Made by a program: the position numbers and the translations under genes
Source of the DNA: an uncultured Anaerolineaceae bacterium
Lineage (GTDB): Bacteria > Chloroflexota > Dehalococcoidia > Tepidiformales > Tepidiformaceae
Length of the DNA stretch: 64,000 nt
NCBI GenBank assembly: GCA_964632355.1
Contig: CAZWBW010000001.1
Location: 21,973 to 85,972, forward strand
Direction: 5' to 3'
Shown: positions 1 through 9,210 of the stretch, one piece after another
Numbering within the stretch: position 1 is the stretch's first letter
Layout: every line of letters starts with the position of its first letter
The notes under the pieces: generated by a model
Databases searched by the model: none
What the model was told of the DNA's origin: nothing
What the model saw: the letters and a program-made list of their open reading frames with translations, nothing else

Positions 1-1
1 G

Positions 2-496
2 GCCCACGCGCTGGCCGCGGCCATCCAGAAAATCGGCGAATACGACCTGATTCTCATGGGCCGCGCCTCCGCCGACTGGGACATGGGTGTCGTCCCGCTC
101 GGCGTTGGTTCCATCCTGGGCCTCCCTGTCGTCACCGTTGCGAAGGCCGTCGAGTCCGATGGCTCCAAGGTGACGGTGGAGCGCGTGCTCGACGACGGCT
201 TCCAGAAGGTCGAAGCCGACCTTCCCGCGATCGTCACCGTCTCGAACGAGTTCGGCGAGCCCCGCTACCCGCAGCTTCGCCAGATCATGATGGCCGCCAA
301 GAAGACCGTGCAGGTCTGGGGCGCCGCAGACCTTGGCCTTTCGCCCGACCAGTTCGGTCCCGCCAACAGCGTCATGCCGCTCGAGGCGCTCTACCAGCCC
401 AAGGTCGAAGTCAACGTCGAGATCATCGAAGGCGATTCGCCCGAAGAGAAGGCCCGTGCCCTCGCCCAGAAGCTCCGGGCCGCGAAGCTGATTTAA
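2..496 (+). CDS. etfB: Electron transfer flavoprotein beta subunit, C-terminal part (5' end outside window)
   Basis: The frame is open from the window edge (AHALAAAIQKIGEYDLILMGRASADWDMG...) to TAA at 494-496. The EtfB-like C-terminal arm is present (VSNEFGEPRYPQLRQIMMAAKK). etfA follows 13 nt later. Confidence 0.9.
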   Translation, partial: AHALAAAIQKIGEYDLILMGRASADWDMGVVPLGVGSILGLPVVTVAKAVESDGSKVTVERVLDDGFQKVEADLPAIVTVSNEFGEPRYPQLRQIMMAAKKTVQVWGAADLGLSPDQFGPANSVMPLEALYQPKVEVNVEIIEGDSPEEKARALAQKLRAAKLI

Positions 497-509
497 GGAG
501 CTGCCTCGA

Positions 510-1469
510 ATGCCTGGAATTCTTGTCATCGCGGAAGTAAACAACGGCAGCCTCACCCCGGCCTCGTTCGAGCTCCTCGGCGCCGCTCGCCAGCTCGCAG
601 ACCAGGGCGGCGGCTCCGTCTCGGCCTTCGTCACCGGTGGCGAAGCCGAAGCCAAGGACCTCATCGCGCACGGCGCCGAGACCGTCTACACCTCGTCGGC
701 CGACCCGGGCTCGCTCGCCGAAGTGCTGCTCCCGGCCGTCGATGCCGCGCTCGAGCAGTCGGGCGCCAATATCGTGCTCATGGCCCAGTCGAGCCTCGGC
801 CGCGACCTCGGCCCGCTCCTCGCCTTCAAGCACAACACCGGCGTCGCGATGGACTCCACCGAGGTCAAGCTCGAGAACGGCCGCCTCCGCGCCACTCGCT
901 CGGCCTACGGTGGTAACGCTCGCGCTGAGCACACCTGGAAGAGCGATCCGCAGATCGTCACCCTGAAGGCCAAGTCCTACGACCCGCTCGAGGCCGACGC
1001 CAGCCGCTCCGGCGACATCAAGTCCGTCGACGCCGCCGGCGAAGCCCGCATCCGTGTGCTTTCGACCGAGAAGGCCGAGACCACCGGCATCCGCCTCGAG
1101 GACGCACCGATCGTGGTCGCTGGTGGCCGCGGCCTGGGCGACCCCTCCGGCTTCAAGATGCTCGAGGAACTCGCCGCGACTCTGCCGTCGGCCGCAGTGG
1201 CCGCGTCCCGCGCCGCCTGCGACCTCGGCTGGTTCCCGCCGGCCTTCCAGGTCGGCCTCACCGGCAAGACGGTGTCGCCGAACCTCTACATCGCCGTCGC
1301 CATCAGCGGTGCCAGCCAGCACATGGCCGGCATGGCGGGCTCCAAGAACATCGTCTCGATCAACAAGGACCCCGACGCCAACATGGTCCGGGCCTCGAAG
1401 TTCGCCGTCATCGACGACTACAAGAAGATCGTCCCGGCGCTGATCGAGGAGATTAAGAAGCTCGGCTAA
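510..1469 (+). CDS. etfA: Electron transfer flavoprotein alpha subunit
   Basis: 319 aa with an AAGGAG RBS upstream of the ATG. The N-terminus is ILVIAE... and the C-terminal FAD-binding region ([17 protein letters not shown]) is typical of EtfA. Confidence 0.92.
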   Translation: MPGILVIAEVNNGSLTPASFELLGAARQLADQGGGSVSAFVTGGEAEAKDLIAHGAETVYTSSADPGSLAEVLLPAVDAALEQSGANIVLMAQSSLGRDLGPLLAFKHNTGVAMDSTEVKLENGRLRATRSAYGGNARAEHTWKSDPQIVTLKAKSYDPLEADASRSGDIKSVDAAGEARIRVLSTEKAETTGIRLEDAPIVVAGGRGLGDPSGFKMLEELAATLPSAAVAASRAACDLGWFPPAFQVGLTGKTVSPNLYIAVAISGASQHMAGMAGSKNIVSINKDPDANMVRASKFAVIDDYKKIVPALIEEIKKLG

Positions 1470-1490
1470 CGCCCCGCTTCGAACACAAAC

Positions 1491-1521
1491 AGACGGGGGC
1501 TGGTCTGACCAGCCCCCGTCT
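1491..1521. terminator. GC-rich hairpin between convergent etfA and the ABC exporter gene
   Basis: AGACGGGGGCTGG-TCTGA-CCAGCCCCCGTCT forms a perfect 13-bp stem. There is no clear U-tract. Confidence 0.5.
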
Positions 1522-1618
1522 CGTCGTTCCTGCTACACAGCCACACCGAACACGCCCCCCTGGTGAGCTGTCAGCGGTAGGCCGACGGCCTACAACCGAA
1601 CGCCGATAGCCGACAGCC

Positions 1619-3580
1619 CTACTGGCCGCCCGCAGCCTGCGCCGAGAGGTGGTCGCCCCGCGCGCGCCGAGCGACCGCTTCGTCCTCGCCGAGCATGGCC
1701 TCCTCGCGTGCCGCCTGCTCCTGCTGGTACGTCATGCGGTACAGGTTCGCGTACACGCCGTTCTTGGCCAGTAGCTCGTCGTGCGAGCCGATCTCCACAA
1801 TGCGCCCCTGCTCGAGCACGACGATGCGGTCCGCCTCGCGGATCGTCGAAAGGCGGTGCGCGATTACGAACGACGTCCGGTTCTTCAGGAGCTCACGCAG
1901 CGCCCGCTGAATAACCACCTCGGTCTGTGTATCGACGTACGCGGTGGCCTCGTCGAGCACCAGGATGCGCGGCTGCGCGAGGATGGCCCGGGCGAAGCTG
2001 ATCAGCTGCCGCTGGCCGATCGAGAGGTTCTGGCCCCGCTGCTGCAGCACCGTGTCGTACCCCTGTGGCAGGCGCATGATGAACTCGTGCGCCCCCACCG
2101 CCTTCGCGGCTTCCTCGATGGCCTCCTGCGTCGCGTCCGGCCGGCCATAGGCGATGTTCTCCCGGACCGTCCCGCTGAACAGGTACGGGTTCTGGAGCAC
2201 CACCCCCATGTGCCGCGTCAGCGACCGCCGCTTGATGTCCCGGATGTCGTGACCATCGATCCGGATCGCACCGGCCGTGACTTCGTACCCGCGGCTGATG
2301 AGCGACGTGATCGTCGTCTTCCCGGCGCCCGTGTGGCCAACGAACGCGATGGTTTCGCCGGGTTCGACGTGCAGGTCGATGTCCCGCAGCACCGGGACCC
2401 CCTCGACGTACTCGAACGACACGTTGTCGAAATCCACGCGCCCCTCGATGTCTTCGAGCTCGATGGCGTCGGGCCGGTCCTGGATGCGCGGCACAGTGTC
2501 GAGCACCTGGAAGATGCGCTCCCCGCCGGCCATCGCCCGCTGCAGCATCGTGTACTGCATCACCAGGTCGCGCACAGGGTCGAAGAATCGCGTCACGTAC
2601 AACGTGAACGACGTCAATACGAAGAACAGCTCGCCGGCGTTCACGTCGCCCGCGTGGAGCGCCCGCAGGCCACCGACGATGACGACCGCGGCCAGCGCAA
2701 TCGCCGTTGCCAGTTCGATGACCGGCATGATCGCCGCGCTGAGCATCGCTGCCCAGACGTTCGCCCGCCGGTTCTCCTGGTTCAGCTTGTCGAACCGCCG
2801 CGCGTTCTCGTCCTCGCGCGACATCGACTGGATGGCTCGCACGCCCGAGACGTTTTCGGCCAGCGTCCCGTACAACTCGCTCACCTTCACGCGTACGTTG
2901 ATGAACGCCTGGCGGGCGTGACGGGCCCACCACGCCATGAGCAGCACCAGCGGGGGCACGATGGCGAATGTCACGAGCGCGAGCTGCCAGTCGACCAGCA
3001 GCAGCGTCACCACGACCACAGAAAGGCCGATGATGTCGGCCGCGAACGTCAGGGAGCCGCTCGTCAGGAGTTCCTGCATCACCGTCACGTCCGACGTCAG
3101 GCGGCTTATCATCCGGCCGACTTCCATCTCGTCGTAGAAGCTCAACGAGAGGCCCTGCATGTGGTCGTACATCTGCGTGCGCAGCTTCATCAGCAGGCGG
3201 TTCCCGATCCACGCCGTCGTGACCTGCTGGAGGTACTGCGCGCCCCAGCTCACGAGCGTCAGCACCACCATCACGCCGAGCAGGAGCCACACCTGGTCGG
3301 TGTTGTGTTCGACGCCTGCCTTCACCGCGAACGCGGCGACCACCGGGAGCAGGAAGCTCGTGGTCGCGAAGGTAACCATGCATGCGAACGCCAGCAGCGC
3401 TCGCCACTTGTACTCCGCCAGGTAGGGAATCAGCCGGCGAACAACTTCGGCGTCGTAAACCTTTCCGAGTTCTTCGTCATCCCAGCCGTCGGCGTTGCGA
3501 ACGCGCACCGGGCCGTGGCCCTGCCCGCCAAGGCCGGAGCTCCATCCGCCTGCACCAGCGCCACCACCCCAGAAGCCCAT
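1619..3580 (-). CDS. ABC exporter, fused permease/ATPase (consensus-competent NBD, non-canonical signature LSIGQ)
   Basis: 653 aa. An N-terminal 6-TM exporter domain is followed by Walker A GHTGAGKT, signature LSIGQRQ, Walker B ILVLDEATA and H-loop IAHRL. Its ATG shares 1 nt with the stop of the upstream partner. Confidence 0.9.
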   Translation of the reverse strand: MGFWGGGAGAGGWSSGLGGQGHGPVRVRNADGWDDEELGKVYDAEVVRRLIPYLAEYKWRALLAFACMVTFATTSFLLPVVAAFAVKAGVEHNTDQVWLLLGVMVVLTLVSWGAQYLQQVTTAWIGNRLLMKLRTQMYDHMQGLSLSFYDEMEVGRMISRLTSDVTVMQELLTSGSLTFAADIIGLSVVVVTLLLVDWQLALVTFAIVPPLVLLMAWWARHARQAFINVRVKVSELYGTLAENVSGVRAIQSMSREDENARRFDKLNQENRRANVWAAMLSAAIMPVIELATAIALAAVVIVGGLRALHAGDVNAGELFFVLTSFTLYVTRFFDPVRDLVMQYTMLQRAMAGGERIFQVLDTVPRIQDRPDAIELEDIEGRVDFDNVSFEYVEGVPVLRDIDLHVEPGETIAFVGHTGAGKTTITSLISRGYEVTAGAIRIDGHDIRDIKRRSLTRHMGVVLQNPYLFSGTVRENIAYGRPDATQEAIEEAAKAVGAHEFIMRLPQGYDTVLQQRGQNLSIGQRQLISFARAILAQPRILVLDEATAYVDTQTEVVIQRALRELLKNRTSFVIAHRLSTIREADRIVVLEQGRIVEIGSHDELLAKNGVYANLYRMTYQQEQAAREEAMLGEDEAVARRARGDHLSAQAAGGQ

Positions 3581-5532
3581 CAGGCACCTCCTCCCGTCGC
3601 TCGCAGGTCGGGCCTCAGTGCGGCGCCATCACGCACTGGCTTCGAGCGAGGCGCGTCCCGTTGCTGTTGCGAGTCATGCGGAGCGGCGGGCGCCGGCGCC
3701 GCAGGCTCGAGCTCCGGCGTGTGCCGGCCCAGCGCCTCCTCCTGGTCCTTCAGTTCGAGGTCGTAAATCTGGCGGTAGAGCCCCTCCTGCCGCAGAAGCT
3801 CCTCGTGGGTGCCTCGCTGCACGATGCGGCCGCGGTCCAGCACGATGATCTCGTCCGCCCGCATCACCGTGCGCAGCCGCTGGGCAATCACGAACGTGGT
3901 TCGGCCCTCCATCAGCTCCTGCAGCGCCTGCTGGATGAGGAACTCGGTCTGGGCGTCCACGCTCGCCGTCGAGTCGTCGAAGATGAGGATGCGCGGGTTC
4001 AACAGCAGCGTCCGCGCGATCGCGATGCGCTGCTTCTGCCCGCCGGAAAGCGTCACGCCGCGCTCGCCGACCCATTCGTCGTAGCCGTACGGCAGGCTCA
4101 CGATGAAGTCGTGGATGCGCGCCGCCTTCGCCGCCCGTTCGATCTCCTCCTGCGTCGCGTCCGGCCGCCCGTACGCGATGTTGTCGCGGATGGTGCCGGC
4201 GAACAGGAACACGTCCTGCTGCACGATGCCGATGTTCTTTCGCAGCGAGTCGAGCTTCAGGTCCCGTACGTCGATACCGTCGACGGTGATCCGTCCTTGC
4301 GTCACGTCGTAGAAGCGGGGAATCAGGTTCACCACCGTCGATTTCCCGGACCCCGTTGGACCCAGGAGGGCCACGATCTTCCCGGGCGTGGCATCGATGT
4401 TGACGTCCTGGAGCACCGCGCTCACGTTGTCGTATCCGAACGACACGTTCTCGAATCGCACGTGGCCGCGCACATCGGTGAGCGCCACCGCGTCGGGCTT
4501 CTCCTGGACCTCCGACTGCGCGTCGATGAGTTCGAAGATGCGCTCGCCGGCGGTCATCGCCCGCGAGAAGAAGGTGATCGCGAAGCCGGTCATGCGCACC
4601 GGCATCTGCAGCAGGTTTAGCCACAGCACGAACGTCAGCAGGTCCGAACCGCGGACGTACCCCTCGGAGATGAACCAGGCGCCGACGCCCACCGTGATCG
4701 CGATCTGCAGCTGTCCGAGCCCCATCATCAGCGGCGCATGCTTCGCCATCGTGGTCGACGACAGGTAGCTCAGGTCAGCTTGCTTCTGTGCTGCTTCGCG
4801 GAACTTTTGTGACTCGTAGTCTTCGCGGCTGAACGCCTTCACCACGCGAATGCCCGAAAGGCCTTCTTCGGCCACCTGGGTGAGTTCGCCCTGGTTCTGC
4901 TGGATCGCCATCCAGATCGGCCGGATCTGCCGCGCCATTACGAACGAGCGGTAGATCATGAACGGGATCGTTACGATGCTCACGAGGGCGAGCTGCCAGC
5001 TGATGGCGAACATGCCGCCAATCGCGATCGCCAGCACCAGCGCGATGCTCACCGTGCGCAGCAGGCCCATCGAGAAGAACATCCGGATGCTTTCGACGTC
5101 CTGCGTCACGCGCGACATAATCTGGCCCGTCTGGACCTTGTCGTGGTACGCATAGCTCAGCCGCTGGAGGTTGTTGTAGACCTCGTTCCGGATGTCGTAC
5201 GCGATGCCCTGCCCGATTGCTTCGCCGAGGAACTGCTGGCCGAACTGTGCAAGCCCACGGCCCAGCGCCAGCAGCACAATCGCCGCTGCGCCAAGCACCA
5301 CAAGCCACTCGTCGCCGTCGAGACCGACGACACGGCCGTCGTCGTTGTAGACAGGGGAGAGCCCGAAGTCGATGGCGTAGCGAACCATCAGCGGGCTGAG
5401 CATCATGAAGACGCTCGAAAGCACAACGGAAACCGCGGCGAGGGCCAGCCTCCCACGATAAGGCCGGGCGTAACCGAAGAGCCGCAGGATATAGCGCACC
5501 TGCTCGTCCCTTTCCCCGGGGCAGGCTAGCAC
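3580..5532 (-). CDS. ABC exporter, fused permease/ATPase (degenerate NBD partner)
   Basis: 650 aa. Motifs are Walker A GPTGSGKS, canonical signature LSGGQKQ, Walker B ILIFDDSTA (catalytic E->D) and H-loop IAQRL (H->Q). The start is uncertain: GTG at 5532, or GTG at 5499 preceded by AAGGGA. Confidence 0.9.
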   Translation of the reverse strand: MLACPGERDEQVRYILRLFGYARPYRGRLALAAVSVVLSSVFMMLSPLMVRYAIDFGLSPVYNDDGRVVGLDGDEWLVVLGAAAIVLLALGRGLAQFGQQFLGEAIGQGIAYDIRNEVYNNLQRLSYAYHDKVQTGQIMSRVTQDVESIRMFFSMGLLRTVSIALVLAIAIGGMFAISWQLALVSIVTIPFMIYRSFVMARQIRPIWMAIQQNQGELTQVAEEGLSGIRVVKAFSREDYESQKFREAAQKQADLSYLSSTTMAKHAPLMMGLGQLQIAITVGVGAWFISEGYVRGSDLLTFVLWLNLLQMPVRMTGFAITFFSRAMTAGERIFELIDAQSEVQEKPDAVALTDVRGHVRFENVSFGYDNVSAVLQDVNIDATPGKIVALLGPTGSGKSTVVNLIPRFYDVTQGRITVDGIDVRDLKLDSLRKNIGIVQQDVFLFAGTIRDNIAYGRPDATQEEIERAAKAARIHDFIVSLPYGYDEWVGERGVTLSGGQKQRIAIARTLLLNPRILIFDDSTASVDAQTEFLIQQALQELMEGRTTFVIAQRLRTVMRADEIIVLDRGRIVQRGTHEELLRQEGLYRQIYDLELKDQEEALGRHTPELEPAAPAPAAPHDSQQQRDAPRSKPVRDGAALRPDLRATGGGA

Positions 5533-5660
5533 ACCTTAACGCGCACGTAAACGTCGAAGGCGATTCGGCTTCGGCGTGGCCGTCATCACCCGGGTCGCAT
5601 TCCTTCCCGTCTAACCTAACCCACCCGGGCCACGCTGAAACCTGTCTTTCCGGTCAGGTC

Positions 5661-6320
5661 TCAGCCCTCGCGCTCGCTGCGCTCGCCTGGCGGCGCCGGG
5701 ACGCCGTGCATCGCATCGATCACCTGGCGCTGCAGCATCGCCATCGTCAGGTCGCCGCGGGTCTTCTCGAGGATGCCCCGGGTGGCGTCGGTCGTGCGCC
5801 GTAGTCCGCCGGTCATCGCGTCCGGGAAGTCGATGGTGACGAGCACCGAGTAGATGTCGTCCATCGCCTCGAGGATCTCTTCGCAGCCGTCGTACTCCCC
5901 GCGGCGCAGGCGATCCAGCAGCATCCGCCGCATCTCGCCAACCGCCTCGGCGATGCCGTTCAGGTACGCCGGGTACTCCACCCCCAGGTCTTCCGGCTCC
6001 GGTAGCGGTTGGCCGGAGAGCAGCGCGAGCGTGGTTCGCGCCTCCGCGTACTCCTTCTGCGCATCGTGCAGGAACCCCGCGTGGTAGATGTCCGCGTGGT
6101 CCTTGAGCGCCTCGACCGCGGCGTCGCGGATCGCCCTGGCTTCGTCCAGCAGCTCCCTCGCGCGGTCGAACTCGCCGCGGTGTACCGCCCGGATCGCGTT
6201 CGCGCTGAGCCGGATCACGCTTCGGCTCGCCGAGAGGCCCTGTTCGCGCGCCGCGTTCTTGGCCGCGAAGTTCTCGATGATGCGCGGAATCACGCGGTCG
6301 AGCGGCGAAGTATCAGGCAC
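5661..6320 (-). CDS. Translin-family protein (bacterial/archaeal translin-like, predicted nucleic-acid binding)
   Basis: An all-helical protein with the translin-like motif YLNGIAEAVGEMRRMLLD (compare YLxGxxDxxGELxR). I chose the GTG at 6320 because ACGGAGGG lies 6 nt upstream. The ORF track start at 6389 is a TTG without an RBS. Confidence 0.65.
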   Translation of the reverse strand: MPDTSPLDRVIPRIIENFAAKNAAREQGLSASRSVIRLSANAIRAVHRGEFDRARELLDEARAIRDAAVEALKDHADIYHAGFLHDAQKEYAEARTTLALLSGQPLPEPEDLGVEYPAYLNGIAEAVGEMRRMLLDRLRRGEYDGCEEILEAMDDIYSVLVTIDFPDAMTGGLRRTTDATRGILEKTRGDLTMAMLQRQVIDAMHGVPAPPGERSEREG

Positions 6321-6407
6321 TGGCCGCCCTCCGTATCGCTCGACAGCCGGTACCCACGCCCGTTCGGTCGTGCCTCGTGCGGCAGCCAAGGACAGGCAAC
6401 CGCAACC

Positions 6408-6761
6408 CTAGAGGTCCTTCACCGGCTCCGGGAACTCGCCTTCGCGGGCAGCGTCGATCATGTCGCGCGCCTCCTGGGGGAGCTCCATGCCGTACTCTTC
6501 GAACTTCTTCTCGACCCAGCCACCGATCTGCCGCGGGTCCCGGTAGTCCTCTGGCCGGCCCCCGCTCTCCGAGGGGTCGCCATATTTCTCGAGGATGTCC
6601 GCACGGCTATAGGTCCGCCCGAAGCGCGACATCATCCGCGACGTGTTCGCGCTGCCGCAGTGCTCGCAGTTCACCTTGAGCTCGGTGTCGATTTTCCGCG
6701 TGAAGTGGTTCGTTACACGGGAACAGTCGGCGCACTTGAACTCGTAGATCGGCATGGCCAC
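6408..6761 (-). CDS. FmdB-family zinc-ribbon protein
   Basis: The N-terminus MPIYEFKCADC....CEHCGS has two CxxC pairs, the hallmark of the FmdB/CxxC_CxxC_SSSS family. Confidence 0.8.
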   Translation of the reverse strand: MAMPIYEFKCADCSRVTNHFTRKIDTELKVNCEHCGSANTSRMMSRFGRTYSRADILEKYGDPSESGGRPEDYRDPRQIGGWVEKKFEEYGMELPQEARDMIDAAREGEFPEPVKDL

Positions 6762-6809
6762 ATTTTCAGCCGCCGGTGCGCGATTGTCGATGAGGTGAGC
6801 CCCGATCGG

Positions 6810-7295
6810 CTATCCGCCGTACTCCCAGCCGAGCTCCTGCACCGTCCACGCCGGGTCGCCGAGCGGCGTATCCCCGCTGAGCACCTCGCCGATGTACTCC
6901 ACGTGGTCGCCCACCAGCCGCGCGTCCGTCACCCGGCATTCGAACCACGCCACCGAACCCGAGTACACCGGGCACCCGGTCACCGGCGCGTCGGTGTAGT
7001 CGTAGTCGCCGAGCTTGTCGCCGACCACCTCTGCCGCCCGCGTGTAGTGGCTCACCACGTCCTCGCTATCGGGCGGGACGAAACAGATGGTGAACGCGCC
7101 GCCCGCGTCGATCAGCTTCCGCGTGTGGGAGTCCTCTTCGATGAACACGGAATAGAGGCGCGGCTCGAACGAGCACTGTGTCCCCCACGTCGCGGTCATC
7201 AGGTTTCGCTCGTCGCCCGAACGCGAACCCACGAGAAAGAGACCGTATGGCTGCCGAAGCAGCGCTGCCGACACCGCATCCGGGTTCTCGGGCAC
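6810..7295 (-). CDS. Flavin reductase-like (FMN-binding split-barrel) protein
   Basis: 161 aa. The segment ...LFLVGSRSGDERNLMTATWGTQCSFEPRLYSVFI... shows the typical flavin reductase domain pattern. Confidence 0.8.
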   Translation of the reverse strand: MPENPDAVSAALLRQPYGLFLVGSRSGDERNLMTATWGTQCSFEPRLYSVFIEEDSHTRKLIDAGGAFTICFVPPDSEDVVSHYTRAAEVVGDKLGDYDYTDAPVTGCPVYSGSVAWFECRVTDARLVGDHVEYIGEVLSGDTPLGDPAWTVQELGWEYGG

Positions 7296-7401
7296 TGCAG
7301 ACCCTCCATGCAGGGATTACCACGGAACCTAGCACAGCCACACGACAATTCGTCCCTGTCCGTTAGATCAGTCCCGTATCATCCCCGCCGGGAGGTAGAC
7401 C

Positions 7402-8343
7402 ATGGCGACCGTACAAACTGTCCTCGGCCCGGTGCAGGACTCCGAACTCGGTGTCACGCTGAGCCACGAACACGTCCTCATCTCCATCGGCGAGGACGCC
7501 CGGCACTACCCCTGGCGATTCGACTGGGATGCCACGCGCGCGAATGCTGTGCGCGAACTCAAGGAAGCGAAGGCCGGCGGCGTCGACTGCCTCATCGATC
7601 TCACCACGCCCGACCTTGGCCGCGATGTCCGTTTCCTCCGCGACGTCGCCGCTGAAAGCGGGATGCACATCGTGGCCGCGACGGGAATCTGGCGCGACAT
7701 CCCGCGCTCGTTCTGGACCCGCGACCCGGACGAAATCGCCGACATCTTCGTCCACGAGATCGAGACCGGCATCGAAGACACCGGTATCCGCGCCGGCGTC
7801 ATCAAAGTCGCGAATGACATGGGTGGCGTGACACCGGAGGGCGAACTCATCCTGCGTGGCGCAGCACGGGCGCTGAAGCGGACGGGCTGCCCCATTAGCA
7901 CACACCACTGGGCGCCCGAAGAGGTGGGACGTCGCCAGGTCGAGATTTTCCGCGAGGAAGGCGCTCCCATGGACCGCATCGCCATTGGGCACAGTGCCGA
8001 TACCACCAACGTCGACTACCTCGAAGAGTTGCTCCAGCAGGGCGTCTATCTCTCGATGGACCGCTATCCCGGCGGCCCCGGCCGCCCCGACTGGCAGCAG
8101 CGCAATGCCACGGTGAAGGCGCTTATCGACCGCGGCTGGGCCCATCGCCTGATGCTCGGTCACGACTATGCCCCGGTGCCGGTGGTGAAAGGAGCGGAGC
8201 AACCGGCGCCTACGGGCAGCACCCGCTACCTCTTCGTGACCAACGTGGCGTTGCCCGCCCTGCGCGAACAGGGAGTCCCGGGCGAGACGCTCGATTTGAT
8301 GATGCGCGAAGTGCCGCGCCGGTTCCTCGCCGGCGTTTCGTAG
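7402..8343 (+). CDS. Phosphotriesterase-family metal hydrolase (PTE/PLL-like)
   Basis: 313 aa with a GGGAGG RBS. It has the N-terminal G.TL.HEH motif (LGVTLSHEHVLI) and a TIM-barrel amidohydrolase pattern. Confidence 0.85.
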   Translation: MATVQTVLGPVQDSELGVTLSHEHVLISIGEDARHYPWRFDWDATRANAVRELKEAKAGGVDCLIDLTTPDLGRDVRFLRDVAAESGMHIVAATGIWRDIPRSFWTRDPDEIADIFVHEIETGIEDTGIRAGVIKVANDMGGVTPEGELILRGAARALKRTGCPISTHHWAPEEVGRRQVEIFREEGAPMDRIAIGHSADTTNVDYLEELLQQGVYLSMDRYPGGPGRPDWQQRNATVKALIDRGWAHRLMLGHDYAPVPVVKGAEQPAPTGSTRYLFVTNVALPALREQGVPGETLDLMMREVPRRFLAGVS

Positions 8344-8350
8344 CGGCTCG

Positions 8351-9133
8351 CTACTCCCTGAAGGCCTCGTTCAGCCGTTCGCTCAGCAGGTCGAGCAGCC
8401 GGTGGTCTGTCAGGTTGGACTGCAACGGGCTGACGCTCACGTATCGGTTCGCCAGTGCCCAGATATCGGTCCCTGGCGGCGTGTCGGGATGCGTCACGAG
8501 GTCAACCTCGCGTTCGATAACGCCCACGTTCTCGAACGCCTCCTTGAGGCGCAGGTACCCGTGCTTCCCCATCCGCGTGACCAGCACCCCGGCGAGTTCC
8601 TCGTATGAGCACCGCGGGATGTTCACGTTCAGGAACACCCCTTCGGGCACTTTCTTGTGCGCGGCAGCCTTCGCGATGAGCGACGCGACCCGCTCGGCGC
8701 ACGTCCAGTCGGTCTCCTCGTCGTCCGCGGTGGTCTGCGAGAACGCCATCGACGTGAGCCCGAGGAAGTGGCCCTGCAGCGCCCCACCTACCGTGCCGCT
8801 GGCGAGGATGTCGTTCCCCACGTTCGCGCCCTGGTTTACGCCCGACACGATCCAGTGGATGTCGCCGCTGATGATCTTGTTCATGCCTACGAGCACACAG
8901 TCCGCAGGCGTGCCGTTCACGTGCCACGCCTCTACGCCCGGGATGTTCTCGCCGGGATAGCGCTCCCAGTGCAGTTCGCGGCGCAGCGTAATGCCGGCGC
9001 CCACCGCGCTCTGGTTCACCGTCGGCGCGATGACGTAGATGCGGTCTCCGAAAGGCGCCACCGCGCGAACAAGCGCCCATAGGCCGGGGGAATCGATGCC
9101 GTCGTCGTTGGTCACAAGGATGTTGCGGGTCAC
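8351..9133 (-). CDS. surE: 5'/3'-nucleotidase SurE
   Basis: The gene has a GTG start. The N-terminus ILVTNDDGIDSPG is the SurE signature. Length is 260 aa. Confidence 0.92.
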   Translation of the reverse strand: MTRNILVTNDDGIDSPGLWALVRAVAPFGDRIYVIAPTVNQSAVGAGITLRRELHWERYPGENIPGVEAWHVNGTPADCVLVGMNKIISGDIHWIVSGVNQGANVGNDILASGTVGGALQGHFLGLTSMAFSQTTADDEETDWTCAERVASLIAKAAAHKKVPEGVFLNVNIPRCSYEELAGVLVTRMGKHGYLRLKEAFENVGVIEREVDLVTHPDTPPGTDIWALANRYVSVSPLQSNLTDHRLLDLLSERLNEAFRE

Positions 9134-9210
9134 AGGTCGATTGTCGGCTGCCCCCGTGCCCCTGTCGATGTGCCGGGCGGGCTTCCACCCTCTGATACCA
9201 TCGCCTACTG

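Noticed and set aside
1781-3766. A 661-aa plus-strand ORF. Similar long ORFs lie at 3382-4620, 6009-7655, 11235-12887, 12761-14086, 25952-27133, 40041-41138, 41799-43034, 43883-45385, 54365-55663 and 57358-58734.
   Set aside because: All are antisense or out-of-frame shadows of well-supported genes (ABC exporters, translin/flavin reductase, the ECF operon, menG/menA, ruvB, the toroid protein, the E2-like gene, the LLM gene, and vWA/glsB/coaX). Their R/P/H/G-rich composition is not protein-like, and I recognised no motifs.
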